Assembly (NCBI GenBank): GCA_944327085.1
Contig: CALVGG010000003.1
Coordinates: 134,688 to 198,687 of the forward strand
DNA: 64,000 bases
Reading direction: 5' to 3'
Source of the DNA: an uncultured Elusimicrobiales bacterium
Lineage (GTDB): Bacteria; Elusimicrobiota; Elusimicrobia; Elusimicrobiales; Elusimicrobiaceae
Positions 56,601 through 64,000 of the stretch are shown here, piece by piece. Numbering within the stretch: the first letter of the stretch is position 1; the number at the start of each line of letters is the position of its first letter. The notes beneath the pieces are model-generated. The model searched no databases. It had not been told where the DNA came from and saw nothing but the letters and a program-made list of their open reading frames with translations. A program made the translations under genes and the position numbers.

Positions 56601-57899
56601 CTAAAAACTCCAATGCGGCGTGTAAGAGTTGCCTTTCAAGTCCGCTATCAGGTGCGGGGCGCTGCCATCCGCGTCCATCACGTACAGCTGGCGTTTGCCG
56701 CCGTTGCGCGTGGTGGTAAAGGCAATAAAGCGCCCGTCGGGGGACCAGGTGGGGTCTTCGTTGGTGCCGGCGTCCGTCGTCAAACGGCGGATTTGGGTGC
56801 CCGTTAAGTCCACCAAAAAGATATCCATGGGGTGGAACGGTGCCTCTCGCCCGGCAAATACAATCCATTCCCCGGTGGGGGACCATTGCGGCGTGTCGGA
56901 CCAGTTAAAGCTGCGCGTTAATGGGCGGGTTTCTCCCGTTTCCAAATTCATTACATAAATTTGCGGGTTGCCGGCACGGTTAGACACAAAGGTAATGTAT
57001 TTGCCGTCCGGGGAATAAGACGGGGACCCGTCTACCGAGGTTTTATTGGTCAGGCGCGTCTTTTTGTGGGTTTCCAAATTGTATACGTAAATGCTGGGGT
57101 TTTTACCGCCGGAGCTGGTGAATACCAAGGCTTTCCCGTCCGGGGATACCCCGCCGATGAGCGAGAGCCCCCCGCGGATAACAACCGGGGCAATTTTGCC
57201 TAAGCGTAAATCAATGGCAAAAATATCCGGGTTGTTGTATTTATAGGTGGTGTAATAAATGCGCCCGTCTTTAGACCAGCGGGGCAAAATGGCAATGCTT
57301 TTATCGTTGGTTAATTTTTGCAGGTTTTTGCCGTCATAATCCACCACATAAATTTCTTTGTGTTTGGTGGCGTCGTTGGCAAAGGCAATTTTGGTGTCCG
57401 CAATGCCGCGTTTGCCAATCAGGGCCGAAACAATCTGGTCCGCCGCCACATGCGCTAAGCGGCGCAGGCTGGCTTCCGTCCCCTTATAAGCTTTGGCAAA
57501 AACCGCCGTGCGGGTGCTTACATCATATACATATAAACGGATAATATAGTTGGGTGCCTCATAAGACACACTGCCGGAAAGTACATACGCCGCACCCTGC
57601 TTGCCCCAGGCGCTTACGCTTTCGTTAATATTTTTTTTGTCAAAAGCGGGGCCGCTTTCCTGCACGTCAAAATAGCGCATGTACATTAAATCCGCGCGCA
57701 GCACTTCCTGCACTTCTTGGGCGGCCTGGCGGGCTTGTTCGCCGCCGGCTTCAAACGCAGGGATACCAAAACCCGGCACTTTTTGGCTGCCGTAAGAGGT
57801 AATGCCTATGTAAACATCGGCATTGGGCCGCCCGTAAGCGGCGGAAAAAGCTCCGGCGGCGCATACCGCCAGCAATAACAATTTTGCGAAAGTTTTCAT
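56601..57899 (-). CDS. tolB: Tol-Pal system beta-propeller protein TolB
   Basis: Signal peptide and repeated PxWSPDG-type blades (PRWSKDG, SPDGKALVF, YSPDGKYITF, WSPTGEWIVF, WSPDGRFIAF). Confidence 0.88.
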   Translation of the reverse strand: MKTFAKLLLLAVCAAGAFSAAYGRPNADVYIGITSYGSQKVPGFGIPAFEAGGEQARQAAQEVQEVLRADLMYMRYFDVQESGPAFDKKNINESVSAWGKQGAAYVLSGSVSYEAPNYIIRLYVYDVSTRTAVFAKAYKGTEASLRRLAHVAADQIVSALIGKRGIADTKIAFANDATKHKEIYVVDYDGKNLQKLTNDKSIAILPRWSKDGRIYYTTYKYNNPDIFAIDLRLGKIAPVVIRGGLSLIGGVSPDGKALVFTSSGGKNPSIYVYNLETHKKTRLTNKTSVDGSPSYSPDGKYITFVSNRAGNPQIYVMNLETGETRPLTRSFNWSDTPQWSPTGEWIVFAGREAPFHPMDIFLVDLTGTQIRRLTTDAGTNEDPTWSPDGRFIAFTTTRNGGKRQLYVMDADGSAPHLIADLKGNSYTPHWSF

Positions 57900-57906
57900 A
57901 AAAGGA

Positions 57907-58608
57907 TTAATTTAATTTAGCAAGTTCCGCCTGAGCCTGGGCCGCTTCCGCCGTGCCGGGGAATTCCTGCACCACAGAAGCCAAATAACGTTTGGCCTCG
58001 TCGTTCTTGCCAAGCGGCACAATGCTGCGCGCGTATTTTACGCGGGCCTGGGCCGTTAACTTGCTTTTGGGAAATTTTTGCAGCAACGTGGCATAAGCCA
58101 CGGCCGCCGCCTTGGCTTCAGACAGGCCGGTGTAGGCATCGCCCAAGTAAATATAGGCTTGTTCGGCACTCTCGCCGGTGGGGTATTTGCTAATGTATAA
58201 TTTAAAACCGGTTACGGCGGCGGAATAAGATTCTTTATCCAAATGGTTTTTAGCTTCGGCAAACAAATCCGAAGGGAGCATGGCTACCCCTTGGGAAGAG
58301 GAAGTCTGCGCCCCGCCCGCGGAAGAAGCCGCCGGGCGAACAACAGCGGAAAGATCGTCCAGCTTGGTGGACAGGCGCACCATTTGCGCGTCCATCTGAG
58401 AAAGGTTTTCGTTGGAAACGGATAAATTGCGGTTTAAATCTTCCATCTTGGTGGCCAGTTCCGCCTGGTTGGCCTGCATAACAGTGATGGAATCGTTTAG
58501 TTCTTTCAGCTGCAGTTTCAGCGTGCCCATGTCGCGCTCGCTGGCTAAGCAGCCGGACAAAAGAAAGCCCGAACCTCCTATAAAAATAAGTTTTATAACG
58601 TTTTTCAT
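57907..58608 (-). CDS. ybgF: Tol-Pal system protein YbgF/CpoB (coiled coil plus TPR)
   Basis: Lipobox/signal, an N-terminal coiled coil (LKLQLKELNDSITVMQANQAELATKMEDLNRNL) and C-terminal TPR-like repeats. Located between pal and tolB. Confidence 0.7.
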   Translation of the reverse strand: MKNVIKLIFIGGSGFLLSGCLASERDMGTLKLQLKELNDSITVMQANQAELATKMEDLNRNLSVSNENLSQMDAQMVRLSTKLDDLSAVVRPAASSAGGAQTSSSQGVAMLPSDLFAEAKNHLDKESYSAAVTGFKLYISKYPTGESAEQAYIYLGDAYTGLSEAKAAAVAYATLLQKFPKSKLTAQARVKYARSIVPLGKNDEAKRYLASVVQEFPGTAEAAQAQAELAKLN

Positions 58609-58638
58609 AGTTGGTTCGGGCTCCTTTTGTAAAATTAC

Positions 58639-59139
58639 TTATTTTACGATCAGCACAGTGTCAGCGCGGCGGTTTTTAGCCCAGCAGCTCTGAGTGGCTT
58701 CGTAGCAGACCGGTTTTTCTTCACCGTAGGAAACGGTGGAGATCTTGTCGGCCGCAATGCCTAAGCGAACATAATAGGCTTTTACTTCATTGGCTCTTTT
58801 TTCGCCCAAAGCGATGTTGTAGGCGATGGTGCCTCTGTCGTCGCAGTTGCCTTCTACCACCAATTTAACATCGGCAGCTTTTTCTTTGATTAATTTGGCA
58901 TTGGCTTCCAAGATTTTGCGGTTTTCAGCGGTCAAGTTATACTTGTCCAACGCAAAATGTACGGTACCCAGGTTGAGTTCCGCAGCGGGAATTACTTCGG
59001 TTACGGTTTCTTCTAATACCATTTCGGCAGAAGAACCGGCATTCAAGTCGGCATTGGCGTCGTCTTTAACGTTCTTTTTGCAGGCGCTTAAGCCGGCGGC
59101 TAAAGACAAAACCAGAACAACTTTTAACAAGTTTTTCAT
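58639..59139 (-). CDS. pal: Peptidoglycan-associated lipoprotein Pal (OmpA-like domain)
   Basis: Lipobox LAAGLSAC. OmpA-like domain VHFALDKYNL...VEGNCDDRGTIAYNIALGEKRA...NRRADTVL. The ATG at 59139 is 4 nt after GGAGAA. Confidence 0.85.
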   Translation of the reverse strand: MKNLLKVVLVLSLAAGLSACKKNVKDDANADLNAGSSAEMVLEETVTEVIPAAELNLGTVHFALDKYNLTAENRKILEANAKLIKEKAADVKLVVEGNCDDRGTIAYNIALGEKRANEVKAYYVRLGIAADKISTVSYGEEKPVCYEATQSCWAKNRRADTVLIVK

Positions 59140-59177
59140 TTGTTTCTCCATACTAAATATTTGCAACTACCCATAAA

Positions 59178-59206
59178 TGATAGCAGACTTTTCGCCCGCG
59201 GGTCAA
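59178..59206 (-). promoter_or_regulatory. Promoter TTGACC-17-(TGC)TATCAT for pal-ybgF-tolB
   Basis: On the minus strand the -35 is TTGACC (59201..59206) and the extended -10 is TGCTATCAT (59178..59186). Confidence 0.6.
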
Positions 59207-59273
59207 TTATCCGCAAGCGTTTTATTAATTACTTAATAAAAGTGTTGCCCCTGCCAAGCCGGGCATGGCGGGG

Positions 59274-60722
59274 TTATTCGTCCAGCAGGCGCGCCAGTGT
59301 TTTGCTAAGCATAGCCGGGTTGGCCTTGCCTTTGCTTTTGCGCATAACCGCGCCCACCAGGGCACCAATGGCGGCCTTATTGCCTTTTTTATAGTCGGCC
59401 ACGGCTTTGGGGGTGGCGGCAATGGCTTCTTTAGCCCAGGCTTCCAGCTGGCCTTCGTCGCTCACCTGCACCATGCCGGAGGCTTCCACAATGGCCTTGG
59501 GGCTGCCGCCGTTAGTCCAAATTTTATCAAACACTTCACGCCCCTGGCGGCGGGTAATTTTGCCGCTTTCCACCATTTCCAGCAGTTCCGCCAGTACTTT
59601 AGCGGAAATGGGGCTTTGGGAAATTTCTTTCTTTTCCGCATTCAGCATGCCCAGCAGATCCGTCTGTATCCAGTTGGACGCCGTTTTTACAGACACCCCT
59701 TTATTGGCGGTTACTTCTTCAAAATAGCGGGCAATGTCTAAAGAGGACGTCAACACGCCGGCATCATACGCGTTTAAACCGGCCGCCATAAATTTGGCTT
59801 CTTTCTGGGCGGGCAGTTCCGGCATTTGGGCTTTTACGCGTTCAAGCCAGTCGTGCTTAAGCACCAGGGGAGGAAGGTCCGGCTCCGGGAAATAGCGGTA
59901 ATCCAGCGCGTCTTCTTTCGAGCGCATAGGCCGGGTTACGTTTTCTTCCTTATCCCAAAGGCGGGTTTCCTGCACCACGTGGCCGCCGGCGTTTAACAGC
60001 TCGGTCTGGCGGTTGATTTCATAGTGCAGGGCGTCTTTAACGGCTTTGAAGGAGTTTAAATTTTTAATCTCACAGCGCGTGCCGAATTTTTCCTGCCCCA
60101 CCGGGCGCAGGGAAACGTTTACGTCCACGCGCAGTTCGCCTTTTTCCATATCGCAGTTGGAGGCGTCCACCCATTTCATTAAACGTTTAATTTCGGTTAA
60201 ATAAGCGTAGGCTTCTTCCGGGCTGCGCATATCCGGCATGGAGACAATTTCCAACAGCGGGCAGCCGGAGCGGTTGAAGTCAATTAAAGAGTAATTGTCA
60301 AAATGGGAAGATTTGCTGGCGTCTTCTTCCAAGTGGGCATGATGAATGCCGATTTTTTTCTTTTGCAAATGTTCCTTGGGGCCGAAAGTAATTTCTATAC
60401 TGCCGGCGCCGTTGATGGGCTTATCGTACTGCGTGATTTGGTAGCCTTTGGGCAAATCCGGGTAAAAATAATGCTTGCGGGAAAAGGTGGAATATTCGTT
60501 TACTTTACACCCCAGCGCCAGGCCGGCTTTTACGGCCAGTTCCACGGCGCCTTCGGTAAGTACGGGCAACACGCCCGGCTGGCCCGTGCAGCGGGGACAT
60601 ATGGCGCTGTTGGGTTTGGTTTCATCCCCCACGCCGTTGGGGCAAGAGCAAAACAATTTGGTTTTGCTGGCTAGTTGGACATGGATTTCCAGTCCGATAA
60701 CAGGTTCAAATTGGGTAGTCAC
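59274..60722 (-). CDS. gatB: Asp/Glu-tRNA amidotransferase subunit B
   Basis: FEPVIGLEIHVQL N-terminus and a C-terminal YqeY-like tail. 482 aa. Confidence 0.92.
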   Translation of the reverse strand: MTTQFEPVIGLEIHVQLASKTKLFCSCPNGVGDETKPNSAICPRCTGQPGVLPVLTEGAVELAVKAGLALGCKVNEYSTFSRKHYFYPDLPKGYQITQYDKPINGAGSIEITFGPKEHLQKKKIGIHHAHLEEDASKSSHFDNYSLIDFNRSGCPLLEIVSMPDMRSPEEAYAYLTEIKRLMKWVDASNCDMEKGELRVDVNVSLRPVGQEKFGTRCEIKNLNSFKAVKDALHYEINRQTELLNAGGHVVQETRLWDKEENVTRPMRSKEDALDYRYFPEPDLPPLVLKHDWLERVKAQMPELPAQKEAKFMAAGLNAYDAGVLTSSLDIARYFEEVTANKGVSVKTASNWIQTDLLGMLNAEKKEISQSPISAKVLAELLEMVESGKITRRQGREVFDKIWTNGGSPKAIVEASGMVQVSDEGQLEAWAKEAIAATPKAVADYKKGNKAAIGALVGAVMRKSKGKANPAMLSKTLARLLDE

Positions 60723-60744
60723 GTTTATATATCTCCTAAATTAT

Positions 60745-60750
60745 TATAAT
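60745..60750 (+). promoter_or_regulatory. -10 element TATAAT only 7 nt upstream of the flippase ATG (possible leaderless mRNA)
   Basis: TATAAT-ATCAAAT-ATG with no Shine-Dalgarno. The 35-bp divergent spacer also holds the gatB RBS (GGAGAT on the minus strand). Confidence 0.4.
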
Positions 60751-60757
60751 ATCAAAT

Positions 60758-62290
60758 ATGGAAAACCTTTTTAAGCCCGTTTCTTACCGCAAAGGGGCCG
60801 CCTGGGCGGTGGGATCCACCGCTGTTTGGAAGGCGTGCTCGTTTATCAACGGGATACTCATTGCGCTTTATTTTGGCGCCCACACACAAACAGACATTTA
60901 CTTTTACCTCATTATGATATGCGGCATGGGCATTAACTTTTTGCAGCATATCAATACCGCCGTTTTTATACCGGAAGCCATCAGCGCCGAAAAATCCTCC
61001 CCCCAGGCCGGTATGCGTTTGTTAAATGCCGTATTTTTATTTTACCTGGCCTTAGGCGCGGGAATCATCTTGGCCGGGGTGGCCTGGCCGCAGCATATAG
61101 CGGGGGCCATATCGCGCTTTTCCCGGGCGCAGTTAAGCCAAAATTTACCCATGATAAGCGCCGTGTGCGCGCTGTTTGCCTTTCAGCTGTGGGCTTCTTT
61201 GTTATGCAATATTTTGGAAATGGAAAAGCGCTTCGGCTCCGCCTGGCTGGCGCCGGCCAACGCGCTGCTGCCGCTGGTGCTTTTAATAAGCGGAGGGCGG
61301 CAGTGGGGCATTATTTGTATGGTATACGGTTTTTTGGCGGCCAATATATTGCAGTGCCTTGTTTTTTTATATGTATTAAAAGCCCAATGCGCTTGGCAGT
61401 TTACCCCGGGGATAGAGGGATTCCATGCGCGGCTTAAGAAAAATTTGTTTACCAGCCAGGCGCTGGAACTAATCAGCCTAATCAATACCTGGATACCCGC
61501 CTATTTAATAAGCGGGCTTGGCAGCGGGCTGGTAAGCGCGCTTAACTATGCCAAGCAACTGGCGGACTCCCCCACCGAAATTTTAACCTGGCGCGTCTGC
61601 GCAGTAAATAAGATTGAACTGAGCGAAGACTCCGCCCGAAAAGATTTACAGGCCCTCAACGTGCATTTCCTGCGCACCAACCGCCTGCTGCTTTTTATAC
61701 TTACGCCGCTGGCCGTATTTAGCTTTTTTTACGCGGTGGACATTATACGCCTATTTTTTGAAAGGGGCAACTTTACCCTCACCGCCGCGCGCAATGCAGC
61801 GGCTTTCCTGCAGCCGTTACTTATTATGATGTTATTTTTTATCCCCATCACCATGCAAAACAACCTGTTTTCGGCCGAGCGGAAACTAAAAGAGGCATTC
61901 CCTTATTTGCTGGTGTCTAACCTCATTTTTACGGGGGCCGTTATATGGGGGATTAAACAATGGGGCGCGTTTGCTTACCCGTACGTGCAGGCGGCCTGCT
62001 GCCTGATTGGGTTTGCCATCAACAAAAAACTGTTTGATAAACATTTTGCCCATATTGCTTACGGCCGGGCCTTGCTGGATATGGCGCGCCTGGTGGCTTT
62101 AAATCTGCTGGCCCTGGTGCCTGCGGCGGCGTGCACTTTTTTATGCGGGTTTAAAAGCCCGTTTTTTACCCTGCTTGTTGGCGGGGTGATGTTTTTGGCC
62201 GCCCTGTACGCCGTAACCCAATACAGCGGGGATTGGAAACTCTTTATCACCGCCGCGCGCCAAAGCCGTTTGGCTTCCACCTATAAATAA
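60758..62290 (+). CDS. murJ: MOP-superfamily lipid flippase, MurJ/MviN-like
   Basis: 510 aa with about 14 TM helices. The N-terminal pattern ...ALYFGAHTQTDIYFY...AVFIPE resembles the MurJ FGag..tDaf...a.iP motif. A Wzx-type O-antigen flippase cannot be excluded. Confidence 0.6.
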   Translation: MENLFKPVSYRKGAAWAVGSTAVWKACSFINGILIALYFGAHTQTDIYFYLIMICGMGINFLQHINTAVFIPEAISAEKSSPQAGMRLLNAVFLFYLALGAGIILAGVAWPQHIAGAISRFSRAQLSQNLPMISAVCALFAFQLWASLLCNILEMEKRFGSAWLAPANALLPLVLLISGGRQWGIICMVYGFLAANILQCLVFLYVLKAQCAWQFTPGIEGFHARLKKNLFTSQALELISLINTWIPAYLISGLGSGLVSALNYAKQLADSPTEILTWRVCAVNKIELSEDSARKDLQALNVHFLRTNRLLLFILTPLAVFSFFYAVDIIRLFFERGNFTLTAARNAAAFLQPLLIMMLFFIPITMQNNLFSAERKLKEAFPYLLVSNLIFTGAVIWGIKQWGAFAYPYVQAACCLIGFAINKKLFDKHFAHIAYGRALLDMARLVALNLLALVPAAACTFLCGFKSPFFTLLVGGVMFLAALYAVTQYSGDWKLFITAARQSRLASTYK

Positions 62291-62293
62291 AAA

Positions 62294-62317
62294 CCCCGGC
62301 CGGTAAAACCGCCGGGG
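62294..62317 (-). terminator. Hairpin between convergent flippase and GT2 genes, with a U-tract on the minus strand only
   Basis: CCCCGGC(CGG) / (CC)GCCGGGG stem. The minus strand continues with TTTTTATTT. Confidence 0.65.
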
Positions 62318-62326
62318 CAAAATGGT

Positions 62327-63334
62327 TTATTTCCCTTTAAACAGCCAGCGCCTGCTTTTGCGCACCTGCCGCATACACCACGCATAAGAAGCCCCCGTGC
62401 GCAAACACCATTTAAGCATTTTTACCCGCGCACGGAAACGCAGCGGGCGCTTTTTAAACAAACGGCCGGGCAACATCAGGCTCTGGCGGTTTTGGGCCAG
62501 CAGTTTTTCCTCCTCCTGCGTTAAGCCGTACGTTTCCATAAAGCTAAGCAAACACACCAGGCGCACATATTCAAAACCCGGTGCATATAAGGCGTACTGC
62601 CCTTGCTGCATTAAAAACTGCCGCGCCGCCAAAAATCCGTTAAATAACCCGGTAAAACGATGGGGCGCGCTGGTGGTTTGGGAGCCTTCCCTCCCCTGGC
62701 GGTAAAAATACACAGCCTCTTTTACGGGCACTATTTTTTGTGCGGCCACGATAAGCTGTATGGAAGGCAAAATGTCTTCCGCGGCAGGGTAATCTCCCCA
62801 CGTTACCCGGGCACTTTCCAACAGGCGACGGCTGATTAACTTGCCGCATAAACCCATGACGGCGGGGAAATTGCTAAACAGTTGGGTTTTATCCTCCCCC
62901 GTTAAGGGGCCTTGGTAAAAAACGCCCATATCTTCCGGCACGGCCTGGCGGCTGTCCGTATAATAGCGCACCACCGGGCCCGCGGCCATATCCGCCCTGT
63001 TTATCTGCAGGGCTTTATATAAGCGCTCGCAATAAGAAGAGGGAACAAAATCATCCGCGTCTATAAAAAGCACATTTTCCCCCTCCGCGTGGGAGAGACC
63101 CTTCTGCCGCGCCGCCGTAATACCCTGGTGGGGCTGCTGCAAACAAATAAAATGAGAGTAACGCTGTTTAAATTTTTCTATAATGCGGGGGCTTTGGTCG
63201 GTGGAGCCGTCGTCCACCACAATCACCTCGGCCTCTTTAAACGTTTGCGCGGCCACGCTGTTTAAACAGGTTTCCAAATATTTTTCCACATTATATACGG
63301 GAATAATAATGCTTATTTTCGGGCGGCTGTACAT
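62327..63334 (-). CDS. Family 2 glycosyltransferase
   Basis: ISIIIPVYNVEKYLETCL...VIVVDDGSTD and a later DADD motif. Confidence 0.85.
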   Translation of the reverse strand: MYSRPKISIIIPVYNVEKYLETCLNSVAAQTFKEAEVIVVDDGSTDQSPRIIEKFKQRYSHFICLQQPHQGITAARQKGLSHAEGENVLFIDADDFVPSSYCERLYKALQINRADMAAGPVVRYYTDSRQAVPEDMGVFYQGPLTGEDKTQLFSNFPAVMGLCGKLISRRLLESARVTWGDYPAAEDILPSIQLIVAAQKIVPVKEAVYFYRQGREGSQTTSAPHRFTGLFNGFLAARQFLMQQGQYALYAPGFEYVRLVCLLSFMETYGLTQEEEKLLAQNRQSLMLPGRLFKKRPLRFRARVKMLKWCLRTGASYAWCMRQVRKSRRWLFKGK

Positions 63335-64000
63335 AAATCCTCGTAGGCTTGAATATATTTATCCAGCGAAAAGCGCTCGCACACTGCCGGTGCGTTTTGG
63401 GCCAGGCGGTGGCGCAAGCCTTCATCTTGCATTAAACGGGCCAGGCTGTGCGCAAAGCGCTCCGTATAGCCGGGTTTTACCAAAAGGCCGTCTTCCCCGT
63501 CACGCACGATTACGTCCGGCCCGGTGCACGCAAAGCTGACCACCGGCATCCCCGCCGCCATCGCTTCCAACAGCACCATGGGGAAGCCTTCCGTGCGGGA
63601 GGTCATGGCATAAATATCACAATAGCGGTATAACGGCGCCAAATTTTTTTGAGGCGGCACAAATGCCACGCTGTGCTGCACGTCCAACACTTCGGCCAAA
63701 TCTTTCAGTTCCGCCTCCAGCGGCCCGGCACCCACAATGCATAAACGCCAGTTGGGGTTTTCCTCACACACGCGCCGCCAGGCTTCCAACAGATAGTCAA
63801 ACCCTTTTTGTTTTACCAGCCGCCCCACGGCCAGCACATAGCGCGGCCCGGCGGGCAGAAAATCCGGCCGGGGCATTTCCGCTTTACTTGCCGGCAAGGC
63901 GGGGTTATAAATTAAAGAAACTTTCCATTTGGGGTAATACAGCGCCAGGAATTTGCGGTCCCGCTCGGACAGCACCGTAACCCGGCTGGCCAAACGCAAA
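63313..64000 (-). CDS. GT-B (GT4-type) glycosyltransferase, C-terminal part (5' end beyond the window)
   Basis: The frame is open to the window edge. It carries the EX7E region SRTEGFPMVLLEAMAAGMPVV. 22-nt overlap with the GT2 gene. Confidence 0.8.
   Translation of the reverse strand, partial: LRLASRVTVLSERDRKFLALYYPKWKVSLIYNPALPASKAEMPRPDFLPAGPRYVLAVGRLVKQKGFDYLLEAWRRVCEENPNWRLCIVGAGPLEAELKDLAEVLDVQHSVAFVPPQKNLAPLYRYCDIYAMTSRTEGFPMVLLEAMAAGMPVVSFACTGPDVIVRDGEDGLLVKPGYTERFAHSLARLMQDEGLRHRLAQNAPAVCERFSLDKYIQAYEDLCTAARK

Overview
Densely coding 64-kb chromosomal window from a diderm (LPS-, BamA- and Tol-Pal-containing) bacterium. GC looks moderate by eye, and the phylum cannot be assigned without a database search. 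I call about 59 protein genes, one tRNA-Thr(UGU), and a set of intrinsic terminators and sigma70-like promoters. Most of the content is core metabolism and envelope biogenesis:
- Two tandem parvulin PPIases followed by pdxA (surA-pdxA-type synteny).
- birA translationally coupled to a Na+-pumping oxaloacetate decarboxylase (oadGAB).
- A minus-strand string of polytopic membrane protein, Znu/TroA-type metal ABC importer and nth.
- A DMT exporter next to thrC, a DUF4912-GH57 branching-enzyme pair, and greA.
- terC, rpmB and the classic bamA-skp-lpxD-lpxC-fabZ-lpxA-lpxI block.
- A roughly 16-kb terminator-free co-directional string: tpiA, deoC, orphan DnaA-like AAA+, two lipoproteins, comM, dprA, topA, xerC, glk, lptD, tdk.
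- An RDD protein, pal-ybgF-tolB, gatB, a MurJ-like flippase and two glycosyltransferases.
I saw no CRISPR array, IS element, prophage, rRNA or recognisable defence island.
The least explained loci are:
1. A 1128-aa protein (40793..44179) with a DnaA/Hda-type AAA+ module. It has no DNA-binding domain, carries a roughly 650-aa Pro/Gln/Ala-rich low-complexity region and an unassigned C-terminal domain, and sits tightly packed with two LPP20-like lipoproteins.
2. A terminator-bounded four-gene operon (22821..26573) encoding a HAMP-only membrane protein, a TolC-family channel, an exported patatin-like lipase and a TPR lipoprotein.
3. An exported TldD/PmbA-like metalloprotease pair (26804..30138).
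4. Several orphan secreted proteins (16596..17735, 19194..21281, 13571..13789).
All functional calls rest on by-eye motif recognition and gene context. No searches were run.
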